From positions 120,156,001 through 120,220,000 of the forward strand of contig OZ024744.1 of NCBI GenBank assembly GCA_964016885.1: a DNA stretch of 64,000 nucleotides, read 5' to 3'. Position numbers and translations under genes: made by a program. Every line of letters starts with the position of its first letter. The stretch's first letter is position 1. The notes beneath the pieces are model-generated. The model made no database searches. It was not told where the DNA came from and was given only the letters and a program-made list of their open reading frames with translations. Shown piece after piece: positions 40,269 to 53,929 of the stretch. This DNA is from Eledone cirrhosa. Taxonomy: Eukaryota.

Positions 40269-43200
40269 TGTGATATCTCAATTGAGAGATTCTTTCCTGA
40301 GATATTTTAACCACATATCATAGTATCAGAGCTGTCATCTCTCAATTCAGAGATTCTTTCCTGAGACACTCTAACCACATGTCATATTATCAGAGCTGTG
40401 ATCTCTCAATTTAGAGATTCTTTCATGAGATATTTTAACCACATATCATAGTATCAGAGCTGTCATCTCTCAATTCAGAGATTCTTTCCTGAGACATTCT
40501 AACCACATGTCATAGTATCAGAGCTGTGATCTCTCAATTTAGAGATTCTTTCATAAGATATTCTAACCACATGTCATAATATCAGAACTATGATCTCTCA
40601 ATTCAGAGATTCTTTCCTGAGACATTCTAACCACATGTCTGTAGTATCAGAGCTGTGATCTCTCAATTCAGAGATTCTTTCCTGATACATTCTTACCACA
40701 TGTCATAGTATCAGAGCTGTGATCTCTCAATTCAGCGATTCTTTTCTGAGACATTCTAACCACGTCATAGTATCAGAGCTGTGATATCTCAATTCAGAGA
40801 TTCTTTCCTGAGACATTCTAATCACGTGTCATTATATCAGAGCTGTGATCTCTCAATTTAGATATTCTTTCCTGAGATATTCTAACCACATGTCATAGTA
40901 TTAGAGCTGTGATCTCTCAATTCAGAGATTCTTTCCTGAGACATTCTAACCACATGTCATAGTATCAGGTCTGTGATCTCTTAATTTAGAGATTCTTTCA
41001 TGAGATATTCTAACCACATGTCATAGTATCAGAGCTGTGATCTCTCAATTCAGAGATTCTTTCCTGAGACATTCTAACCACATGTCATAGTATCAGAGCT
41101 GTGATCTCTCAATTCAGAGATTCTTTCCTGAGACATTCTAACCACATGTCATAGTATAAGAGCTTTGATATCTCAATTCAGAGATTCTTTCCTGAGATAT
41201 TCTAACCACATGTCATAGTATCAGAGATGTCATCTCTCAATTCAGAGATTCTTTCCTGAGACATTCTAACCACATGTCATAGTATCAGAGCTGTGATCTC
41301 TTAATTTAGAGATTCTTTCATGAGATATTCTAACCACATGTCATAGTATCAGATCTGTGATCTCTCATTTCAGAGATTCTTTCCTGATACATTCTAAGCA
41401 CATGTCATAGTATTAGAGCTGTGATCTCTCAATTCAGAGATTCTTTCCTGAGACATTCTAACCACATGTCACAGTATCAGAGCTGTGATCTATCAATTCA
41501 GAGATTCTTTCCTCAGATATTCTAACCACATCTCATAGTATCGAGGCGGTGATCTCTCAATTTAGAGATTCTTTCCTGAGACATTCTAGCCACATGTCAT
41601 AGTATCAGATCTATGATCTCTCAATTCAGAGATTCTTTCCTGAGACATTCTAACCACATGACATAGTATCAGAGCTGTGATCCCTCAATTTAGAGATTCT
41701 TTCAACAGATATTCTAACCACATGTCATAATATCAGAGCTGTGATGTCTGAATTCAGAGATTCTTTCCTGAGACATTCTAACCACATGTAATAGTATTAG
41801 ATCTGTGATCTCTCAATTTAGAGATTCTTTCCTGAGAAGTTCTAACTCCATGTCCACAGTATCAGAGCCGTGATCTCTCAATTTAGAGATTCTTTCCTGA
41901 GATATTCTAACCACATGTCATAGTAGCAGAGCTGTGATCTCTCAATTCAGAGATTCTTTCCTGAGATATTCTAACCACATGTCATAGTATCAGATATGTG
42001 ATCTCTCAATTTTGAGATTCTTTCCTGAGACATTCTAACCACATGTCATAGTATTAGAGCTGTGATCTCTCAATTCAGAGATTCTTTCCTGAGACATTCT
42101 TACCGCATGTAACAGTATCAGAACAGTGATCTCTTAACTTAGAGATTCTTTCCTGAGACATTCTAACCACATTTCATAGTATCAGAGCTGTGATCTCTCA
42201 ATTCAGAGATTCTTTCCTGAGATATTCTAACCACATGTCCACAGTATCAGAGCCGTGATCTCTCAATTTAGAGATTCTTTCCTGAGACATTCTAACCATA
42301 TGTCATAGTATTAGAGCTGTGATCTCTCAATTCAGAGATTCTTTCCTCAGACATTCTAACCACATCTCATAGTATCGGAGCTGTGATCTCTCAATTCAGA
42401 GATTCTTTCCTGAGACATTCTAACCACATGTCATAGTATCAGAGCTGTGATCTCTTAATTCAGAGATTCTTTCCTGAGATATTCTAACCACATGTCATAG
42501 TATCAGAGCTGTGATCTCTCAATTCAGAGATTCTTTCCTGAGACATTCTACCCACATGTCATAGTATCAGAGCTGAGATCTCTCAATTTAGAGATTCTTT
42601 CAAGAGATATTCTAACCACATGTCATAGTATCAGACCTGTGATCTCTCAATTTAGAGATTCTTTCCTGAGACTTTCTAACTCCATGTCCACAGTATCAGA
42701 GCTGTGATCTCTCAATTTAGTGATTCTTTTCTGAGATATTCTAACTACATGTCATAGTATTAGAGATGTGATCTTTCAATTCAGAGATTCTTTCCGAGAC
42801 ATTCAAACCACATGTCATAGTATTAGAGCTGTGATCTCTCAATTCAGAGATTCTTTCCTGAGACATTCTTACCACAGGTTGTAGTATCAGAGCTGTGATC
42901 TCTCAATTTAGAGATTCTTTCCTGAGACATTCTAACCACATGACATTGTATCAGAGCTGTGATCTCTCAATTCAGAGATTCTTTCCTGAGACATTCTAAC
43001 CACATGTCATAGTATCAGAGCTGTGATATCTCAATTGAGAGATTCTTTCCTGAGATATTTTAACCACATATCATAGTATCAGAGCTGTCATCTCTCAATT
43101 CAGAGATTCTTTCCTGAGACATTCTAACCACATGTCATAGTATCAGAGCTGTGATCTCTCAATTTAGAGATTCTTTCAGGAGATATTCTAACCACATGTC

Positions 43201-46200
43201 ATAATATCAGAACTATGATCTCTCAATTCAGAGATTCTTTCCTGAGACATTCTAACCTCATGTCTGTAGTATCAGAGCTGTGATCTCTCAATTCAGAGAT
43301 TCTTTCCTGATACATACTAACCACATGTCATATTATCAGAGCTGTGATCTCTCAATTCAGAGATTCTTTCCTGAGACATTCTAACCACGTCATAGTATCA
43401 GAGCTGTGATATCTCAATTCAGAGATTCTTTCCTGAGACATTCTAATCACATGTCATAGTATCAGAGCTCTGAACTCTCAAGTTACATATTCTTTCCTGA
43501 GATATTCTAACCACATATCATAGTATTAGAGCTGTGATCTCTCAATTCAGAGGTTCTTTCCTGAGACATTCTAACCACATGTCTGTAGTATCAGAGCTGT
43601 GATCTCTCAATTAAGAGATTCTTTCCTGGGACATTCTAACCACATGTCATAGTATCAGGGCTGTGATCTCACAATTCAGAGATTCTTTCCTGAGACATTC
43701 TAACCACATGTCATAGTATCAGAGCTGTGATCTCTTAATTTAGAGATTCTTTCATGTGATATTCTAACCACATGTCATAGTATCAGAGCTGTGATCTCTC
43801 AATTCAGAGATTCTTTCCTGAGACATTCTAACCACATGTCATATTATCAGAGCTGTGATCTCTCAATTCAGAGATTCTTTCCTGAGACATTCTAACCACA
43901 TGTCATAGTATCAGAGCTGTGATCTCTCAATTCAGAGATTCTTTCCTGAGACATTCTAACCACATGTCATAGTATCAGAGCTGTGATCTCTCAATTTAGA
44001 GATTCTTTCCTGAGACATTCCAACTCCATGTCCACAGTATCAGAGCTGTGATCTCTCAATTTAGAGATTCTTTCCTGAGATATTCTAACCACATATCATA
44101 GTATTAGAGATGTGATCTCTCAATTCAGAGATTCTTTCCTGAGACATTCTAACCACATGTCTGTAGTATCAGAGCTGTATGCTCTCAATTCAGAGATTTT
44201 TTCCTGAGACATTCTAACCACATGTCATAGTATCAGAGCTGTGATCTCTCAATTCAGAGATTCTTTCCTGAGACATTCTAACCACATGGCATAGTATCAG
44301 ATCTGTGATATCTCAATTCAGAGATTCTTTCCTGAGATATTCTAACCACATGTCATAGTATCAGAGCTGGGATCTCTCAATTCAGATATTCTTTCCTGAG
44401 ACATTCTAACCACATGTCATAGGATCAGAGTTGTGATCTCTCAATTCAGAGATTCTTTCCTGAGATATTCTAACCACATGTCATATTATCAGAGCTGTGA
44501 TCTCTCAATTCAGAGATTCTTTCCTGAGACATTCTAACCACATGTCTGTATTATCAGAGCTGTGATCTCTCAATTCAGAAATTCTTTCCTGAGAAATTCT
44601 AACCACATGTCTGTAGTATCAGAGCTGTATGCTCTCAATTCAGAGATTCTTTCCTGAGACATTCTAACCACATGTCATAGTATCAGAGCTGTTATCTCTC
44701 AATTCAGAGATTCTTTCCTGAGACATTCTAACCACATGGCATAGTATCAGAGCTGTGATATCTCAATTCAGAGATTCTTTCCTGAGATATTCTAACCACA
44801 TGTCATAGTATAAGAGCTGTGATCTCTCAATTCAGATATTCTTTCCTGAGATATTCTAACCACATGTCATAGTATTAGAGCTGTGATCTCTCAATTCAGA
44901 GGTTCTTTCCTGAGACATTCTAACCACATGTCTGTAGTATCAGAGCTGTGATCTCTCAATTAAGAGATTCTTTCCTGGGACATTCTAACCACATGTCATA
45001 GTATCAGGGCTGTGATCTCTCAATTCAGAGATTCTTTCCTGAGACATTCTAACCACATGTCATAGTATCAGAGCTGTGATCTCTTAATTTAGAGATTCTT
45101 TCATGAGATATTCTAACCACATGTCATAGTATCAGAGCTTTGATATCTCAATTCAGAGATTCTTTCCTGAGATATTCTAACCACATATCATAGTATCAGA
45201 TCTGTGATCTCTCAATTCAGAGATTCTTTCCTGAGACATTCTAACCACATGTCATAGTATCAGAGATGTGATCTCTCAATTCAGATATTCTTTCCTGAGA
45301 CATTAAAGCCACATGTCATAGGATCAGAGTTGTGATCTCTCAATTCAGAGATTCTGTCCTGAGATATTGTAAACACATGTCATATTATCAGAGCTGTTAT
45401 CTCTCAATTCAGAGATTCTATCCTGAGACATTCTAACCACATGTCATAGTATCAGAACTGTTCTCTGTAAATTTAGAGATTCTTTCATGACATATTTTAA
45501 CCACATGTCATAGTATCAGAGCTGTGATCTCCCAATTCAGACATTCTTTCCTGGGATATTCTAGCCACATGTCATAGTATCAGAGCTGTGATCTCTCAAT
45601 TCAGAGATTTTTTCCTGAGATATAGAATATATCACATGTCATATTATCAGAGCTGTGATCTCTCAATTCAGATATTCTTTCCTGAGACATTCTAACCACA
45701 TGTCATATTATCAGAGTTGTGATCTCTCAATTCAGTGATTCTTTCCTGAGATATTCTAACCAAATGTCATAGTATCAGAGCTGTGATATCTCAATTCAGA
45801 GATTTTTCCTGAGACATTCTTACCACATGTCATAGTATCAGAGCTGTGATCTCTCAATTTAGAGATTCTTTCCTGAGACATTCTAATCACATGTCATAGT
45901 ATCAGAACTGTGATTTCTCAATTCAGAGATTCTATCCTGAGACATTCTAACCACATATCATAGTATCAGAGCTGTCATCTCTCAATTCAGAGATTCTTTC
46001 CTGAGACATTCTAACCACATGTCATAGTATCAGAGCTGTGATCTCTCAATTTAGAGATTCTTTCCTGAGACATTCTAACCACATGTCATAGTATCAGAAC
46101 TGTGATCTCTCAATTCAGAGATTCTTCCCTGAGATATTTTAACCACATATCATAGTAACAGAGCTGTCATCTCTCAATTCAGAGATTCTTTCCTGAGACA

Positions 46201-49200
46201 TTCTAACCACATGTTATATTATCAGAGCTGTGATCTCTCAATTCAGAGATTCTTTCCTGAGACATTCTAACCACGTCATAGTATCAGAGCTGTGATATCT
46301 CAATTCAGAGATTCTTTCCTGAGACATTCTAATCACATGTCATAGTATCAGAGCTGTGAACTCTCAATTTACATATTCTTTCCTGAGATATTCTAACCAC
46401 ATGTCATAGTATTAGAGCTGTGATCTCTCAATTCAGAGGTTCTTTCCTGAGACATTCTAACCACATGTCTGTAGTATCAGAGCTGTGATCTCTCAATTAA
46501 GAGATTCTTTTCTGGGACATTCTAACCACATGTCATTGTATCAGGGCTGTGATCACTCAATTCAGAGATTCTTTCCTGAGACATTCTAAGCACATGTCAT
46601 AGTATCAGAGCTGTGATCTCTTAATTTAGAGATTCTTTCATGAGATATTCTAACCACATGTCATAGTATCAGAGCTGTGATCTCTCAATTCAGAGATTCT
46701 TTCCTGAGACATTCTAACCACATGTCATAGTATCAGAGCTGTGATCTCTCAATTCAGAGATTCTTTCCTGAGACGTTCTAACCACATGTCATAGTATCAG
46801 AGCTTTGATATCTCAATTCAGAGATTCTTTCCTGAGATATTCTAACCACATGTCATAGTATCAGATCTGTGATCTCTCAATTCAGAGATTCTTTCCTGAG
46901 ACATTCTAACCACATGTCACAGTATCAGAGCTGTGATCTCTCAATTCAGAGATTCTTTCCTCAGACATTCTAACCACATCTCATAGTATCGGAGCTGTGA
47001 TCTCTCAATTCAGAGATTCTTTCCTGAGACATTCTAACCACATGTCATAGTATCAGAGCTTTGATATCTCAATTCAGAGATTCTTTCCTGAGATATTCTA
47101 ACCACATGTCATAGTATCAGATCTGTGATCTCTCAATTCAGAGATTCTTTCCTGAGACATTCTTACCACATGTCATAGTATCAGATCTGTGATCTCTCAA
47201 TTCAGAGATTATTTCCTGAGATATTCTAACCACATGTCATAGTATCATAGCTGTCATCTCTCAATTCAGAGATTCTTTCCTGAGACATTCTAACCACATG
47301 CCATAGTATCAGAGCTGTGATCTCTCAATTTAGAGATTCTTTCAGAAGATATTCTAACCACATGTCATAGTATCAGAGCTGTGATCTCTCAATTTAGAGA
47401 TTCTTTCCTGAGACATTCTAACTCCATGTCCACAGTATCAGAGCTGTGATCTCTCAATTTAGAGATTCTTTCCTGACATATTCTAACCACATGTCATAGT
47501 ATTAGAGATGTGATCTCTCAATTCAGAGATTCTTTCCTGAGATATTCTAACCACATGTCTGTAGTATCAGAGCTGTATGCTCTCAATTCAGAGATTTTTT
47601 CCTGAGACATTCTAACCACATGTCTGTAGTATCAGAGCTGTGATCTCTCAATTCAGAGATTCTTTCCTGAGAAATTCTAACCTCATGTTTGTAGTATCAG
47701 AGCTGTATGCTCTTAATTCAGAGATTCTTTCCTGAAACATTCTAACCACATGTCTGTAGTATCAGAGCTGTATGCTCTCAATTCAGAGATTCTTTCCTGA
47801 GACGTTCTAACCACATGTCATATTATCAGAGCTGTTATCTCTCAATTCAGAGATTCTTTCATGATATATTCTAACGACATGTCATAGTATCAGAGCTGTG
47901 ATCTCTCAATTCAGAGATCCTTTCCGGGGATATTCTAACCTCATGTCATAGTATCAGATCTGTGATCTCTCAATTCAGAGATTCTTTCCTGAGACATTCA
48001 AACCACATGTCATAGTATTAGAGCTGTGATCTCTCAATTCAGAGATTCTTTACTGAGACATTCTTACCACATGTAGTATCAGAGCTGTGATCTCTCAATT
48101 TAGAGATTCTTTCATGAGATATTCTAACCACATGTCATAATATCAGAACTATGATCTCTCAATTCAGAGATTCTTTCCTGAGACATTCTAACCTCATGTC
48201 TGTAGTATCAGAGCTGTGATCTCTCAATTCATAGATTCTTTCCTGATACATTCTAACCACATGTCATAGTATCAGAGCTGTGATCTCTCAATTCAGAGAT
48301 TCTTTCCTGAGACATTCTAACCACGTCATAGTATCAGAGCTGTGATATCCCAATTCAGAGATTCTTTCCTGAGACATTCTAATCACATGTCATAGTATCA
48401 GAGCTGTGAACTCTCAATTTACATATTCTTTCCTGAGATATTCTAACCACATGTCATAGTATTAGAGCTGTGATCTCTCAATTCAGAGGTTCTTTCCTGA
48501 GACATTCTAACCACATGTCTGTAGTATCAGAGCTGTGATCTCTCAATTAAGAGATTCTTTCCTGGGACATTCTAACCACATGTCATAGTATCAGGGCTGT
48601 GATCTCTCAATTCAGAGATTCTTTCCTGAGACATTCTAACCACATGTCATAGTATCAGACCTGTGATCTCTTAATTTAGAGATACTTTCATGAGATATTC
48701 TAAACACATGTCATAGTATCAGAGCTGTGATCTCTCAATTCAGAGATTCTTTCCTGAGACATTCTAACCACATGTTATAGTATCAGAGCTGTGATCTCTC
48801 AATTCAGAGATTCTTTCCTGAGACATTCTAACCACATGTCATAGTATCAGAACTTTGATATCTCAATTCAGAGATTCTTTCCTGAGATTTTCTAACCACA
48901 TGTCATATTATCAGATCTGTGATCTCTCCATTCAGAGATTCTTTCCTGAGACATTCTAACCACATGTCACAGTATCAGAGCTGTATGCTCTCAATTCAGA
49001 GATTTTTTCCTGAGACATTCTAACCACATATCATAGTATCACAGCTGTGATCTCTCAATTCGGAGATTCTTTCCTGAGACATTCTAACCACATGGCATAG
49101 TATCAGATCTGTGATATCTCAATTCAGAGATTCTTTCCTGAGATATTCTAACCACATGTAATAGTATCAGAGCTGGGATCTCTCAATTCAGATATTCTTT

Positions 49201-50893
49201 CCTGAGACATTCTAACCACATGTCATAGGATCAGAGTTGTGATCTCTCAATTCAGAGATTCTTTCCTGAGATATTCTAACCACATGTAATATTATCAGAT
49301 CTGTGATCTCTCAATTCAGAGATTCTTTCCTGAGACATTCTAACCACATGTCTGTAGTATCAGAGCTGTGATCTCTCAATTCAGAGATTCTTTCCTGAGA
49401 AATTCTAACCACATGTCTGTAGTATCAGAGCTGTATGCTCTCAATTCAGAGATTCTTTCCTGAGACGTTCTAACCACATGTCATAGTATCAGAGCTGTTA
49501 TCTCTCAATTCAGTGATTCTTTCCTGAGACATTCTAACCACATGGCATAGTATCAGAGCTGTGATATCTCAATTCAGAGATTCTTTCCTGAGCTATTCTA
49601 ACCACATGTCATAGTATCAGAGCTGTGATCTCTCAATTCAGATATTCTATCGTGAGACATTCTAACCACATGTCATAGCATCAGAGATGTGATCTCTCAA
49701 TTCAGATATTCTTTCCTGAGACATTAAAGCCACATGTCATAGGATCAGAGTTGTGATCTCTCAATTCAGAGATTCTTTCCTGAGATATTGTAAACACATG
49801 TCATATTATCAGAGCTGTTATCTCTCAATTCAGAGATTCTATCCTGAGACATTCTAACCACATGTCATAGTATCAGAACTGTTCTCTGTAAATTTAGAGA
49901 TTCTTTTATGAGATATTTTAACCACATGTCATAGTATCAGAGCTGTGATCTCCCAATTCAGACATTCTTTCCTGGGATATTCTAGCCACATGTCATAGTA
50001 TCAGAGCTGTGATCTCTCAATTCAGATATTCTTTCCTGAGACATTAAAGCCACATGTCATAGGATCAGAGTTGTGATCTCTCAATTCAGAGATTTTTTCC
50101 TGAGATATTCTAACCACATGTCATATTATCAGAGCTGTGATCTCTCAATTCAGAGATTCTTTCCTGAGATATTGTAAACACATGTCATATTATCAGAGCT
50201 GTGATCTCTCAATTCAGAGATTTTTTCCTGAGATATAGAATATATCACATGTCATATTATCAGAGCTGTGATCTCTCAATTCAGATATTCTTTCCTGAGA
50301 CATTCTAACCACATGTCATATTATCAGAGTTGTGATCTCTCAATTCAGTGATTCTTTCCTGAGATATTCTAACCAAATGTCATAGTATCAGAGCTGTGAT
50401 ATCTCAATTCAGAGATTCTTTCCTGAGACATTCTTACCACATGTCATAGTATCAGAGCTGTGATCTCTAAATTTAGTGATTCTTTCATGAGATATTTCAA
50501 CCACATGTCATAGTATCAGAGCTGTGATCTCTCAATTCAGAGATTCATTCCTGAGACAGTCTAAGCTCGTCATAGTATCAGAGCTGTGATATCTCAATTC
50601 AGAGATTCTTTCCTGAGACATTCTAACCACATGTTATAGTATCAGAGCTGTGATCTCTCAATTTAGATATTCGTTCCTGAGATATTCTAACCACATGTCT
50701 GTAGTATCAGAGCTGTGATCTCTCAATTCAGAGATTCTTTGCTGAGACATTCTAACCACATGTCATAGTATCAGATCTGTGATCTCTCAATTCAGAGATT
50801 CTTCCCTGAGACATTCTAACCACATGTCATAGTATCAGAGCTGTGATCTCTCAATTCAGAGATTCTTTCCTGAGACATTCTAACCACATTTCA

Positions 50894-50905
50894 TGGTATC
50901 AGAGC
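50894..50905 (+). other. Second exact TGGTATCAGAGC motif (duplicate of 40257 through the 10.6-kb duplication)
   Basis: atttca-tggtatcagagc at offset 10637 from the first copy, so it is not an independent occurrence. Confidence 0.45.
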
Positions 50906-53900
50906 TGTGATATCTCAATTGAGAGATTCTTTCCTGAGATATTTTAACCACATATCATAGTATCAGAGCTGTCATCTCTCAATTCAGAGATTCTTTCCTG
51001 AGACACTCTAACCACATGTCATATTATCAGAGCTGTGATCTCTCAATTTAGAGATTCTTTCATGAGATATTTTAACCACATATCATAGTATCAGAGCTGT
51101 CATCTCTCAATTCAGAGATTCTTTCCTGAGACATTCTAACCACATGTCATAGTATCAGAGCTGTGATCTCTCAATTTAGAGATTCTTTCATAAGATATTC
51201 TAACCACATGTCATAATATCAGAACTATGATCTCTCAATTCAGAGATTCTTTCCTGAGACATTCTAACCACATGTCTGTAGTATCAGAGCTGTGATCTCT
51301 CAATTCAGAGATTCTTTCCTGATACATTCTTACCACATGTCATAGTATCAGAGCTGTGATCTCTCAATTCAGCGATTCTTTTCTGAGACATTCTAACCAC
51401 GTCATAGTATCAGAGCTGTGATATCTCAATTCAGAGATTCTTTCCTGAGACATTCTAATCACGTGTCATTATATCAGAGCTGTGATCTCTCAATTTAGAT
51501 ATTCTTTCCTGAGATATTCTAACCACATGTCATAGTATTAGAGCTGTGATCTCTCAATTCAGAGATTCTTTCCTGAGACATTCTAACCACATGTCATAGT
51601 ATCAGGTCTGTGATCTCTTAATTTAGAGATTCTTTCATGAGATATTCTAACCACATGTCATAGTATCAGAGCTGTGATCTCTCAATTCAGAGATTCTTTC
51701 CTGAGACATTCTAACCACATGTCATAGTATCAGAGCTGTGATCTCTCAATTCAGAGATTCTTTCCTGAGACATTCTAACCACATGTCATAGTATAAGAGC
51801 TTTGATATCTCAATTCAGAGATTCTTTCCTGAGATATTCTAACCACATGTCATAGTATCAGAGATGTCATCTCTCAATTCAGAGATTCTTTCCTGAGACA
51901 TTCTAACCACATGTCACAGTATCAGAGCTGTGATCTATCAATTCAGAGATTCTTTCCTCAGATATTCTAACCACATCTCATAGTATCGAGGCGGTGATCT
52001 CTCAATTTAGAGATTCTTTCCTGAGACATTCTAGCCACATGTCATAGTATCAGATCTATGATCTCTCAATTCAGAGATTCTTTCCTGAGACATTCTAACC
52101 ACATGACATAGTATCAGAGCTGTGATCCCTCAATTTAGAGATTCTTTCAACAGATATTCTAACCACATGTCATAATATCAGAGCTGTGATGTCTGAATTC
52201 AGAGATTCTTTCCTGAGACATTCTAACCACATGTAATAGTATTAGATCTGTGATCTCTCAATTTAGAGATTCTTTCCTGAGACGTTCTAACTCCATGTCC
52301 ACAGTATCAGAGCCGTGATCTCTCAATTTAGAGATTCTTTCCTGAGATATTCTAACCACATGTCATAGTATCAGAGCTGTGATCTCTCAATTCAGAGATT
52401 CTTTCCTGAGATATTCTAACCACATGTCATAGTATCAGATATGTGATCTCTCAATTTTGAGATTCTTTCCTGAGACATTCTAACCACATGTCATAGTATT
52501 AGAGCTGTGATCTCTCAATTCAGAGATTCTTTCCTGAGACATTCTTACCGCATGTAACAGTATCAGAACAGTGATCTCTTAACTTAGAGATTCTTTCCTG
52601 AGACATTCTAACCACATTTCATAGTATCAGAGCTGTGATCTCTCAATTCAGAGATTCTTTCCTGAGATATTCTAACCACATGTCCACAGTATCAGAGCCG
52701 TGATCTCTCAATTTAGAGATTCTTTCCTGAGACATTCTAACCATATGTCATAGTATTAGAGCTGTGATCTCTCAATTCAGAGATTCTTTCCTGAGACATT
52801 CTAACCACATGTCACAGTATCAGAGCTGTGATCTCTCAATTCAGAGATTCTTTCCTCAGACATTCTAACCACATCTCATAGTATCGGAGCTGTGATCTCT
52901 CAATTCAGAGATTCTTTCCTGAGACATTCTAACCACATGTCATAGTATCAGAGCTGTGATCTCTTAATTCAGAGATTCTTTCCTGAGATATTCTAACCAC
53001 ATGTCATAGTATCAGAGCTGTGATCTCTCAATTCAGAGATTCTTTCCTGAGACATTCTACCCACATGTCATAGTATCAGAGCTGAGATCTCTCAATTTAG
53101 AGATTCTTTCAAGAGATATTCTAACCACATGTCATAGTATCAGAGCTGTGATCTCTCAATTTAGAGATTCTTTCCTGAGACTTTCTAACTCCATGTCCAC
53201 AGTATCAGAGCTGTGATCTCTCAATTTAGTGATTCTTTTCTGAGATATTCTAACTACATGTCATAGTATTAGAGATGTGATCTTTCAATTCAGAGATTCT
53301 TTCCGAGACATTCAAACCACATGTCATAGTATTAGAGCTGTGATCTCTCAATTCAGAGATTCTTTCCTGAGACATTCTTACCACAGGTTGTAGTATCAGA
53401 GCTGTGATCTCTCAATTTAGAGATTCTTTCCTGAGACATTCTAACCACATGACATTGTATCAGAGCTGTGATCTCTCAATTCAGAGATTCTTTCCTGAGA
53501 CATTCTAACCACATGTCATAGTATCAGAGCTGTGATATCTCAATTGAGAGATTCTTTCCTGAGATATTTTAACCACATATCATAGTATCAGAGCTGTCAT
53601 CTCTCAATTCAGAGATTCTTTCCTGAGACATTCTAACCACATGTCATAGTATCAGAGCTGTGATCTCTCAATTTAGAGATTCTTTCAGGAGATATTCTAA
53701 CCACATGTCATAATATCAGAACTATGATCTCTCAATTCAGAGATTCTTTCCTGAGACATTCTAACCTCATGTCTGTAGTATCAGAGCTGTGATCTCTCAA
53801 TTCAGAGATTCTTTCCTGATACATACTAACCACATGTCATATTATCAGAGCTGTGATCTCTCAATTCAGAGATTCTTTCCTGAGACATTCTAACCACGTC

Positions 53901-53929
53901 ATAGTATCAGAGCTGTGATATCTCAATTC

